Sequence record: NZ_CP067423.1
Source of the DNA: a plasmid
DNA: 64,000 bases
Strand: one strand, 5' to 3'
Below the pieces are notes generated by a model that saw nothing but the letters and a program-made list of their open reading frames with translations, searched no databases and was not told where the DNA came from. The position numbers were made by a program, and so were the translations under genes. Every line of letters starts with the position of its first letter. Position 1 is the first letter of the stretch. Below are positions 19,506 to 28,094 of the stretch, one piece after another.

Positions 19506-20285
19506 TCATGCTGCCTTCGCCACGCGCGGGTCGAGGTCGAGACCGCAAACCCAGTTCGCCCATGATTTTGCGAAATGGAGGAAGGCTTCCTCAGTCGTCA
19601 CCAGAACGCGATAGGTTTCAGCCTGCTCGCGTTGTTCAGGTGTTTCCTCGTAACGGGACAGGAAGGCCATATAGACCATCCGGTTTCCAGCAATCTCCTG
19701 ACCGTTCTTGTCGAGATAGATGATATTGCCGTGCGCCAAGGCGTTGCGAAGCACGCGAAGAACCTCGCCGGCCTTGCGATTCTCGATGGTGTTCGCATCA
19801 TCGGAAAGTGGATGCCTTCCTTCCTGATCGTGCCAGCCATGCACTTCATCAACGGAATTGACGATGCGCGATTGCCGCCATGCTCCTACGTCCGGCGCAG
19901 ACTGCCAGAACGGCGCCTCAAAGAATTTGGTTTTTTCGAGCGTCTTGAGGCTTTTCACCAGATCGACGTCGCGCTCTCCATCAACCAGGACATGCGATGC
20001 CCGCATACGTTCGTAGGGAATTGTAAGGATCGCCGCTGCCGCCAGCAGACCGAACGAGCCGAGCAAATCGTGCTTGCGCGCAGGTTCTTCCAGCAATTCG
20101 ATCAATTGTAATGCGCGTTGCGGATATTCGATGGCAAATCTGTCCGGTACGCCCATGTGTCCTCCTAGCCAAATGGCTTGCGATCGTAGCCGCGGAAATT
20201 CGCTAAAGCAGCCGTTCCGTTCCAGGGATCTGATGATCGCTTCTAGCGTCCTGCTCATTCCAGAAAGCGACAGGAACGGCGACAT
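19506..20285 (-). CDS. HEPN-domain protein (Rx4H motif)
   Basis: The C-terminal region contains LRVLRNALAHGNIIYLD, a canonical HEPN R-x4-H motif. The start is uncertain: ATG 20393, 20285 or 20258. A strong hairpin at 20339-20357 argues for one of the downstream starts. Confidence 0.5.
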   Translation of the reverse strand: MSPFLSLSGMSRTLEAIIRSLERNGCFSEFPRLRSQAIWLGGHMGVPDRFAIEYPQRALQLIELLEEPARKHDLLGSFGLLAAAAILTIPYERMRASHVLVDGERDVDLVKSLKTLEKTKFFEAPFWQSAPDVGAWRQSRIVNSVDEVHGWHDQEGRHPLSDDANTIENRKAGEVLRVLRNALAHGNIIYLDKNGQEIAGNRMVYMAFLSRYEETPEQREQAETYRVLVTTEEAFLHFAKSWANWVCGLDLDPRVAKAA

Positions 20286-20585
20286 TCTCGGTTCTTGCGA
20301 GACGATCAGCAAGCAGCCGCAACCAATTGGCAAAATAGGGAGGGAAAGAAACCCTCCTCGCGGATCGGCCGCACCGCTGACGCCTGCGCTCAACCGCCTG
20401 GCTCGCGATCCCGGCCGCGTCGTCCTTCGCAGGGCTGATTAGCCCCGCTTGGCTTGCCGGGCAGGGATGCTCGACAGGCAGTTGCACCGGCCCGTCCGCT
20501 CCGCGGGCCGGGGGATGTCTTCAGAAAAGAAGACGGAGAAGGACCCGCGATCGGCGGTGTCCGCAACCCGAAACGGAGCATCCCA

Positions 20586-22307
20586 ATGGAACTGAAGTTT
20601 GTCGATCCGCGCGCGCTCAAGGAGAATCCCGACAAGGCGCGGCGCTCCAAATCGAGCCCGCAGGCGGACGCCCTGTTGCTGGCCACGATCAAGGTTGTCG
20701 GCATCGTGCAGCCGCCTGTCGTCGCCCCCGAGACCGAAGGCGGCAACGGCTTTGTCATCGATGCCGGGCATCGTCGCGTGAAGCAGGCAATCGCGGCGGG
20801 CCTCGAGGAAATCGCCGTGCTGGTGATCGAGCGCGCGGAGGACGGTGGCGCCATGCGATCGCTGGCCGAGACGCTCGCCCATGAGCAGCTCAATCCCGTC
20901 GACCAGTGGCGGGCGATCGAGCGCCTGGTTGCGCTCAACTGGACCGAGGAGGCGATCGCCATCGCGCTGGCATTGCCGGTTCGCCAGATCAAGAAGCTGC
21001 GGCTTCTGGCGAACGTCCTGCCATCAATGCTCGATCAGATGGCCAAGGGCGACATGCCCGATGAGCGCCAGCTTCGCACCATCGCTTCCGCCGCACTCGA
21101 GGATCAGAAAGAGATCTGGAAGAAGCACAAGCCATCCAAGGCCGACCCGCAGGTCTCATGGTGGGCTGTCGCGCAGGGTCTGACCAAGACCCGCATGTTC
21201 GCAAAACATGCCAGTTTCGGGGATGATCTGGCACATGCCTACGGAATCGCCTGGGTCGAGGATCTGTTCGCCCCGGCAGACGAGGACAGCCGTTATACGA
21301 CCGACGTCGACGCCTATCTTGGCGCCCAGCAGGAATGGATGGCCAACAACCTTCCCAAGCGCGGCGTCATCGTCGACGCGGGCCAATGGGGCGACGCCAA
21401 GCTGCCACCGAAGGCCGAGCGAGTTTATGGCAAGGCCGGCAAGTCCGATCATACCGCGATGTATCTCGACCGCGAGGGCAAGGTGCAGACGGTCGCCTAT
21501 CGCATGCCCGAGGCAAAGAAGCCGAAGGGCAAGGGTGATGCAACCGACGCCGCAGGTACAGACACGGGGCTGGTCGCTCCCAAGGCCCGTCCGGACGTGA
21601 CGCGCAAGGGGATCGAGATGATCGGGGACTTCCGCACCGATGCGCTGCACGAGGCGCTCGCCCGCGCGCCAATCGAGGAGGACATGCTGATGGCGCTGCT
21701 CGTTCTCGCCTTCGCGGGCAGGAACGTCTCCGTCGATTCCGGTTCCTCGGGCACGGTCTACGGCCACGCGCGGCTGGAGCGTCATGCAGCCCTTCTTTTC
21801 GGGGAAGACGGCAGGCCCGTATACGATCGTGAGACGCTCAACCAGGTCGCGCGTAAGGTCCTGATCGACGTCCTCTCATGCCGGGAGAACAGGACCAACA
21901 GCGGCATCGTCGCTCGGGTCGCCGGCGATACCGTCGGCGCCGACGGCTTCCTGCCGAACATGGGCACGGACGAGTTCATGTCGTGCCTGTCGCGGCCGGC
22001 GCTGGAGGCGTCCTGCAAGGACACGCCAGTCCTGCCGCGTGCCCGCGTCAAGGACACGCGCGCAGCCCTCGTCGAGCACTTCAAGGAAGGCCACTTCGTC
22101 CATCCCTCGGCCCTGTTCGCGCCCGACGTCGCCGAGCTGACGAGCTGGACGGCCCGGTACGCCGCGCCGGACGAGGCTGACGACGACACCGCGCGGGAAG
22201 TCGATGAGCTCGACGGTGATCAGACCGGGGCGACGGCAAACGAGCATCCGGTCGATGACGGCCACACCGTCGAAGAAACTGAAGCCTGGCGCGTCGCCGC
22301 CGAATAG
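20586..22307 (+). CDS. ParB-like nuclease domain protein of the ICE/plasmid leading region
   Basis: The N-terminal ParB/Srx domain is present (VQPPVV...GNGFVIDAGHRRVKQAIAAGLEEIAVLVIE). Start is at ATG 20586 (MELKFVDPRALKENPD). The long C-terminal region has an acidic tail. A rho-independent terminator follows. Confidence 0.75.
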   Translation: MELKFVDPRALKENPDKARRSKSSPQADALLLATIKVVGIVQPPVVAPETEGGNGFVIDAGHRRVKQAIAAGLEEIAVLVIERAEDGGAMRSLAETLAHEQLNPVDQWRAIERLVALNWTEEAIAIALALPVRQIKKLRLLANVLPSMLDQMAKGDMPDERQLRTIASAALEDQKEIWKKHKPSKADPQVSWWAVAQGLTKTRMFAKHASFGDDLAHAYGIAWVEDLFAPADEDSRYTTDVDAYLGAQQEWMANNLPKRGVIVDAGQWGDAKLPPKAERVYGKAGKSDHTAMYLDREGKVQTVAYRMPEAKKPKGKGDATDAAGTDTGLVAPKARPDVTRKGIEMIGDFRTDALHEALARAPIEEDMLMALLVLAFAGRNVSVDSGSSGTVYGHARLERHAALLFGEDGRPVYDRETLNQVARKVLIDVLSCRENRTNSGIVARVAGDTVGADGFLPNMGTDEFMSCLSRPALEASCKDTPVLPRARVKDTRAALVEHFKEGHFVHPSALFAPDVAELTSWTARYAAPDEADDDTAREVDELDGDQTGATANEHPVDDGHTVEETEAWRVAAE

Positions 22308-22337
22308 GCCGCCAATCCACTTCCTCCCAACCCACCC

Positions 22338-22375
22338 CGCCGCCGGCAATCGCGCCGGCGGCGGTTCTGTTTTCA
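22338..22375 (+). terminator. Rho-independent terminator after the parB-like gene
   Basis: CGCCGCCGGC-aatcgc-GCCGGCGGCG is a 10-bp GC stem. It is followed by gttctgtttt. Confidence 0.6.
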
Positions 22376-22400
22376 TCAACAGCACCACTGGAGAAACAAT

Positions 22401-22874
22401 ATGTCCGCTCAATTGATCTACGATCTCGTGCCGCTCGGTTCCATCATCCGCTACTCCGACGGCACACCGCGCCCGCCCGAGCGTCATCGCAAGAAACTCT
22501 CGGCATGGGAGAGCGCCAATAGCGGCGGCCGCCTGATCCGCAAGACGCCAGCCCGGCAGACCGGGCAGTATTCGTCGCCCGCGCATTTCACGCTGCATGA
22601 AGGCGATTATGGCAGCGGCGGTGTCATCGTCCTGCGCGTCCACAAGAGCTTTTCGGTCGATTGCGGCTCGAAGTTCGTGGTGATCTCCCGACCCGCACCG
22701 GGCTCGGTCCAGGTCTTCGATCGCGCCGGCGAGGGTGCCGAACTCGTCTATCTCGCCGCCAACCGGCAGGACGCGGAGACCTGGCTGCAATCTCATCGGT
22801 ATCCTAACGCGGTGCTCGAGGACGTATCGGCCGATACCGCGGCGGCCGACGCCGTCGAGGGGAGGGCGGCATGA
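22401..22874 (+). CDS. Hypothetical conserved element protein
   Basis: The ORF has a good RBS (GGAGAAACAAT-ATG) and is translationally coupled (ATGA) to the next gene. No domain was recognised. Confidence 0.5.
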   Translation: MSAQLIYDLVPLGSIIRYSDGTPRPPERHRKKLSAWESANSGGRLIRKTPARQTGQYSSPAHFTLHEGDYGSGGVIVLRVHKSFSVDCGSKFVVISRPAPGSVQVFDRAGEGAELVYLAANRQDAETWLQSHRYPNAVLEDVSADTAAADAVEGRAA

Positions 22875-23503
22875 ACGCGACTGCTCAAACCGAGGCAACG
22901 ATCGACAACACCTCCGGATTCCCGGAGGTGTATTACGGGCGAACGAGCGATGGCCTCTTCGCGGCACTGGTTGGGGAGAACGCTTTTGCGATGATCCCTG
23001 CCTACAATGGCGGACGCTATCTCGGCCATGCATGGAAGCTGCCTCTGCCCATCTCCGAATGGAAACAGTCCAGCTTCTATGGTCACGGCGGGCAGCTCGA
23101 CGGCAAAGCGGCGTTCCGCGCCCGTGTCGAGGAGAACGCCCGACATCAGGCACAATTGCGTAGACTGGCCCGCCGCAGCATCCCGGCTCGGCAAGCAACC
23201 CCATGGGGGCTCTCGGATCATGCCACGCACTATGCCGAAGGCGTCGTCTGCCATTCGACCCCGAGCCATGGCGGGTTCCATCTCGACCCCGACCGCAATG
23301 CCCACATCCATCCCCTTCTGAGAAGCGCCGACGGCTTCTACGAGGAGGATTGCTGCTGGGCGGCCGTTGCGCAGGCCTTTCCCGATCTTTTCACCGATTT
23401 CGAGAAACGTTGCGCCGAAGAGACCATCCGGCACTGGTATCCCGAGGCCTGGCCGCGATCCCTCACGTCCACACCTAAACGATTGCGGGAGGCCGCCTCA
23501 TGA
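22871..23503 (+). CDS. Hypothetical conserved element protein
   Basis: It is coupled to its flanking genes by 4-nt overlaps. No motif was recognised. Confidence 0.5.
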   Translation: MNATAQTEATIDNTSGFPEVYYGRTSDGLFAALVGENAFAMIPAYNGGRYLGHAWKLPLPISEWKQSSFYGHGGQLDGKAAFRARVEENARHQAQLRRLARRSIPARQATPWGLSDHATHYAEGVVCHSTPSHGGFHLDPDRNAHIHPLLRSADGFYEEDCCWAAVAQAFPDLFTDFEKRCAEETIRHWYPEAWPRSLTSTPKRLREAAS

Positions 23504-23886
23504 CGATTGCAGAGCACATCGCCATAATGGCGCGCATGGAAGCTGCCCGCCGGGAGACGCATGCCCATCTCGGGCTGATCGAGCGGCAGATTGCGGCGCG
23601 CGCGGAGCGCCTGATGACCACCTTCCGCGCCAGATCACGCGATTACCGGAAGTCCAGGTCGACATGGAGCCATGCCGACGAGCAGCTCTACCGGGCCACG
23701 CTATCGGAGCTGAACTTTTCCCGTCACCGCGAGGTCGATGGTCTGTCGCGCAAGCTCGCCCGCCAGGATGCGGCGATCGCCGCCTTCCGTCGCCGGCACG
23801 GGTTCTCGGAGGTCGATCCGGAGCTGGATATGGCGGTCCTCCGCGGCCTGATCCTTCGCAGCGCGTCTCCATGCGCGGTTTCGTGA
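23500..23886 (+). CDS. Hypothetical protein
   Basis: It is the third member of the translationally coupled trio. It is basic and predicted helical. Confidence 0.4.
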   Translation: MTIAEHIAIMARMEAARRETHAHLGLIERQIAARAERLMTTFRARSRDYRKSRSTWSHADEQLYRATLSELNFSRHREVDGLSRKLARQDAAIAAFRRRHGFSEVDPELDMAVLRGLILRSASPCAVS

Positions 23887-24338
23887 GCCCCGACCTGCGA
23901 TCAGGAGGGCAGCCCTGTCCGAAACCGTGTGGCGGGCTGTGCGGGTAACGGGGCAATATCCGGGTAGGGCCTGCGGCGACTGTCCGGCCGTGATGCCGGC
24001 GAAGCGGATTGATCTGTCGCACTTCCTCGCGCGAGCCAATTCATGGAAACGACCCCGTGCCGGTCTTCCCGGCGGGTTTGCTGCGGTCTGAACCGGCGGC
24101 TGACCCCTTCAAGGCCGCTTTGCGCCGCGATGCGGCCGGAGCCCGCCGGTCTCGACAAGGCTGGCCCGCGTTCCGCGCAGGGCTGTTAGCCCCGCTTGTC
24201 CGCAAGCCAACCTTGCTCGCCTGGCAGGCCCCGGACCCTGAAGCGTCCAGTTTCCGCCGGTTCTCTTTGACCGCACCCGCAGGGAAGACCGGCACGGGGC
24301 CGGATCGCCCGAAGGGCATCGCTAGAAAGGATTGCTTC

Positions 24339-24926
24339 ATGTCCAGTTCAACCCGCTCCACCAAGACCAAGGCTCGCGTCGTCCAACTCCGCAAGGGCAC
24401 CACCCTCGAAATGGTGCGCCTGTGCTGCCCGGATGCCAACCAGGCCGCACTCATCTCCGAGAGCTTCGGGCTCGCTGTCCTCGACAGCGACGGTATCCGG
24501 GACTTCCACGAGCGCACCCTGATCGAAAGCGCCGACACCCTCTCCGACGGCCTTTCCGAGAAGGCCATGCAGATCCATCTCCAGCGGATCGTCGGTTCCC
24601 ATGTCGGGTCTGCCTACGGGGCGGGGCAGTTCTATTCCAAGGCTGTCACCGAGGCCAAGGACGCGACCGCCCGGCTCGCCAACGACATGCGCGATGAGGA
24701 TCGCGACGGCCCGGTCGGGTTCGACAGCGCCGCCCAGCGCAAGCGTGAGTTCGCCGCCGACATGGGTATCCAGGCCCACGCTCTGCGCATGGCCGCCGAG
24801 GGCGTGGTCGCAGCCTACGAGCACATCGTCGGCGAGAGCTGGAAGCCCTACGAGCGTCAGGCCGAAAATCCCGGCCAGGCCGTCAGCCGGCAGGCCGCCG
24901 ACCTGCAGATGGCCGCTCTCGGATAG
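24339..24926 (+). CDS. Hypothetical protein (195 aa)
   Basis: Start is at ATG 24339 (MSSSTRSTKTKARVV). A copy of the conserved palindromic motif lies about 140 nt upstream, and a GGCGGAGC-ttcg-GCTCCGCC stem-loop follows the stop. Confidence 0.5.
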   Translation: MSSSTRSTKTKARVVQLRKGTTLEMVRLCCPDANQAALISESFGLAVLDSDGIRDFHERTLIESADTLSDGLSEKAMQIHLQRIVGSHVGSAYGAGQFYSKAVTEAKDATARLANDMRDEDRDGPVGFDSAAQRKREFAADMGIQAHALRMAAEGVVAAYEHIVGESWKPYERQAENPGQAVSRQAADLQMAALG

Positions 24927-25003
24927 GGGCCGCGGGCGGAGCTTCGGCTCCGCCCATCCTCGGGGGCTCCCACCCTTGGGATCGCCCGCCGTTCGAACGC
25001 CAT

Positions 25004-25327
25004 CTATCCCGAGGAGTATCGTCTCGAGGTTGAGGGACTTATCGAGGCATGGCGGCCGGAAGTGTGGGCCCGTTCGACAGAATCCCGCCTCGGCTGATAG
25101 CCTCGCATCCTCTTAGCTCGCAACAGGTCGAGGAATAGGCTGACCGCATCTAGCTCGTTGTCGAACGAATGCTGGACCGTTCGGCCTCGTGTTCCGATCC
25201 GGCCCCACCGGCGAACGAGGCGGGTCTGGCCGAACAGGGTCTCCTCGATCGACAGCGCGTAGAACCGCGCCATCCTCCGGTCCGGGTCTGTGCGTTCGAC
25301 ATAGAGATGGTATGGCTGCGCGATCAT
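25004..25327 (-). CDS. WGR-domain protein
   Basis: The WGR signature is LFGQTRLVRRWGRIGTRGRT...KRMRGY. The start is assumed at the internal Met (MIAQPYHLYVE). The ORF extends to 25381. Confidence 0.55.
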   Translation of the reverse strand: MIAQPYHLYVERTDPDRRMARFYALSIEETLFGQTRLVRRWGRIGTRGRTVQHSFDNELDAVSLFLDLLRAKRMRGYQPRRDSVERAHTSGRHASISPSTSRRYSSG

Positions 25328-25711
25328 GCTGAGCAGAATCGCGCAGCCGGAATCCGTCGTCCAATGACAGGTTTGAATCACTGGGAAGGGATCGATTTAT
25401 TCCCGTGATAGGTGGCGGGAACTTCAGCAGGTATAGGGCGGCCTTACCCGCGTCCGGCTTGCGCGGGACCGGGAGACGGAGGGAAGCAGGAAGACGCATG
25501 GCGCGGCCGGCGCAATCGCGGCCGTCACGATTGGTGGTCCTGCTCCGGTCCTCGTTCCGCGAAACGGCGAAGCCGTCCTCCACTGCCGTTCCGGCCCGGC
25601 TGCGACCTCTCTCATTCTTCCGATTCATCCTCCGGGTTCGCGGACCTGCGGTCCTCTCGCGGGCGGACCTCGTGACGGCCGCGATCGGCGCGGCCTCGAA
25701 TGGAGGTTCGA

Positions 25712-26638
25712 ATGATGAACAGGAAAGACAGCAAACCCCGCGTCGACATCTACGCGAAGATCACCGACCGCATCGTCGCGGATCTCGAGAAAGGCGTCCG
25801 CCCATGGGTAAGACCCTGGAGCGAAGCCAACACCGCCGGCCGCATCACGCGACCGCTGCGGCATAATGGAACGCCCTACCAGGGCATCAACATCATCCTG
25901 CTCTGGTCGGAGGCGGTCGCACGCGGCTTCGCTTCGCCCATCTGGATGACGTTCAAGCAAGCGATCGAGCTTGGCGGGCATGTCCGCAAGGGCGAGAGCG
26001 GCTCGACCGTCGTCTATGCCAGCCAATTCACCAAGACCGAAACCGACGAGCGCGGCGATGAGGTCGAGCGCGGTATCCCGTTCCTTAAGGCCTATTCGGT
26101 CTTCAACGTCGACCAGATCGAGGGATTGCCGGACCACTATTACGGTGCGCCGCCGCCGGTGACCGATCCCGTCACGCGCATCGCCCACGCTGATGCGTTT
26201 TTTGACGCGACCGGCGCCAGGGTCGTCTATGGCGGCGCCAAGGCATTCTACGCGCCCTCGTCCGACCACATCCAGCTCCCAGTCTTCGAGAGCTTCCGCG
26301 ACGCGGAATCCTTCGTTGCCGTCAGGGCGCACGAGACCATCCACTGGACAGCTCCGGCCCACCGGGTCAACCGCGATCTCAGCCGCTACCACAAGGATCG
26401 TAGCGAACGCAGTCGCGAGGAGCTGATCGCCGAACTGGGGGCGGTTTTCCTCTGCGCCGATCTCGGCATCGTACCGGAGCTCGAGCCGCGGCCTGACCAC
26501 GCCAGTTACCTCGCGTCCTGGCTCGAGGTGCTCTCCAACGAGAAGCGCTTCATTTTCTCGGCCGCCGCGCACGCTCAACGCGCAGCGACCTACCTGCACG
26601 ATCTTCAGCCGGCGGCCAGGATTGCGGAGGCGGCCTGA
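25712..26638 (+). CDS. ardC: ArdC-type antirestriction protein (N-terminal ssDNA-binding domain plus C-terminal zincin-like metalloprotease)
   Basis: The ArdC N-terminal domain is present (YAKITDRIVADLEKGVRPWVRPW...GTPYQGINIILLW...PIWMTFKQA). The C-terminal HExxH motif is HETIHWT. Confidence 0.85.
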   Translation: MMNRKDSKPRVDIYAKITDRIVADLEKGVRPWVRPWSEANTAGRITRPLRHNGTPYQGINIILLWSEAVARGFASPIWMTFKQAIELGGHVRKGESGSTVVYASQFTKTETDERGDEVERGIPFLKAYSVFNVDQIEGLPDHYYGAPPPVTDPVTRIAHADAFFDATGARVVYGGAKAFYAPSSDHIQLPVFESFRDAESFVAVRAHETIHWTAPAHRVNRDLSRYHKDRSERSREELIAELGAVFLCADLGIVPELEPRPDHASYLASWLEVLSNEKRFIFSAAAHAQRAATYLHDLQPAARIAEAA

Positions 26639-27057
26639 TGCCAGGGCCCGACCGTTGCCGTGCGGGAACTCTGCCGCTGGCCGGTCAATGACGGGAGGTC
26701 GGGATGGGGATGGCACCTCTCGCCGCGCGGGGATCCGCAAGGTGATGCCGATGTAGGGACGTCCGTCTTCATTCCGGTTGTTTCTGCTACGGGCACGCCC
26801 AACTGCGTCCTCGATGTGGCTGGTCTGACCGAAGGCCGATCTCGCTGCGCTCGGTCTCGCTCTCATCCCCGCAACGGCTGGTCTCGACTTTCTTCCCCTG
26901 ACGGCTTCGCCGCCATTCCGCGCGGATCAAGAAAGTCTCATCCTGCCGCCCTCCACTGACGTTCCGGCCCGTTGGGTGCCGGTCGATCGCCTCCGGTCTG
27001 TCGACCGCCATCGAGGTCGCGGCGGTCGCGGCCCGAGAAATCAAAGGAATGAGACAA

Positions 27058-27369
27058 ATGGCTACCATCGGCACCTTCACCTCCACCGGCACCGGCTTCA
27101 ACGGCGTCATCAAGACCCTCAACCTCAACGTCAAGGCCAAGCTGGTCCGCGTCGAGAACCCTTCCGACAAAGGTCCGCACTTTCGCATCTTCGCGGCAGC
27201 CAACGTCGAACTGGGCGCCGCCTGGCAGAAGACCTCCAACGAGGGCCGCGACTACCTTTCGGTCAAGCTGGACGATCCGAGCTTCCCCGCTCCGATCTAT
27301 GCCACCCTGGTTGAGGTGGAAAGCGAGGAAGGCCTTCAGCTGATCTGGTCCCGACCGAACCGGGACTGA
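27058..27369 (+). CDS. DUF736 domain protein
   Basis: The DUF736 signature is [30 protein letters not shown]...GPHFRIFAA. Confidence 0.75.
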   Translation: MATIGTFTSTGTGFNGVIKTLNLNVKAKLVRVENPSDKGPHFRIFAAANVELGAAWQKTSNEGRDYLSVKLDDPSFPAPIYATLVEVESEEGLQLIWSRPNRD

Positions 27370-27450
27370 GGCTCCCGCCAGAGGGCTCCGCCGCAAGGCG
27401 GGGCCTTCAGCCTTCCACCGACGAGCAGCCACAACCGAAAGGAACCATAC

Positions 27451-27645
27451 ATGACGACTACCAACCGCGCCGAAGCGAAGGCCCTTCATCCTCAGGACAT
27501 CGCCGTCTGGCCGGACGGAACATGGGCCGAACTCGGCGACGTCTGGAACGGCGAATACGGCTTCATGTCCGACGACTACGAGGTCGTGCCGCTCGAGGAC
27601 CATGCCCGTCTGAAGGCCCTCGGCATCGACGGAGAGGTGCTGTGA
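27451..27645 (+). CDS. Small hypothetical protein (64 aa)
   Basis: The ORF has an RBS (GAAAGGAACCATAC-ATG) and a terminator immediately downstream. Confidence 0.4.
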   Translation: MTTTNRAEAKALHPQDIAVWPDGTWAELGDVWNGEYGFMSDDYEVVPLEDHARLKALGIDGEVL

Positions 27646-27667
27646 CCGGCGCCACTGCACGCCCTCG

Positions 27668-27695
27668 CCGCCCCGGAGCGGGGCCTTCTGCTTGA
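27668..27695 (+). terminator. Candidate rho-independent terminator
   Basis: GCCCCG-gag-CGGGGC is a stem-loop. It is followed by the T-rich cttctgctt. Confidence 0.45.
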
Positions 27696-27803
27696 CGCCA
27701 CGGTCAAATGGAATGGCCAGCCTTAGCGGCGAAAGGACTGCCGAGACTGGCTTTCGAGCCGAATTTCGGCTATACAAAAGAGCAAGTTACAGGAGCCTGA
27801 AAC

Positions 27804-28094
27804 ATGACCGCAACGCTAATGGAAAGCCCCGTTGTCGCGGATCGAGCACACGCGTTGCGGCTTGCCAAACAGGTCATCAAGACCCTCGACCCGAAGCCGC
27901 TTGAGCCCATCGTCGCAGCGATGCTGACCGACGGCCACAAGGCCGCGCTTTCGGCAATGGCCGTGTCGCGAGATGAGCCGAACCTGTTCGAACAGTTCCT
28001 CGTCCTGTGTGAAGAGGCCGGGCGGTTGAGCGAAGCGGATTGCGATCAGCTGGGCGAAGCCTATGTCGAAGCGAGGCGTGCCCGTGCCGCTTGA
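27804..28094 (+). CDS. Small protein upstream of, and translationally coupled to, the Fic gene (possible cognate partner or antitoxin)
   Basis: The protein is 96 aa. Its stop overlaps the Fic start in an ATGA arrangement. No [ST]xxxE[GN] inhibitory motif was found. Confidence 0.4.
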   Translation: MTATLMESPVVADRAHALRLAKQVIKTLDPKPLEPIVAAMLTDGHKAALSAMAVSRDEPNLFEQFLVLCEEAGRLSEADCDQLGEAYVEARRARAA

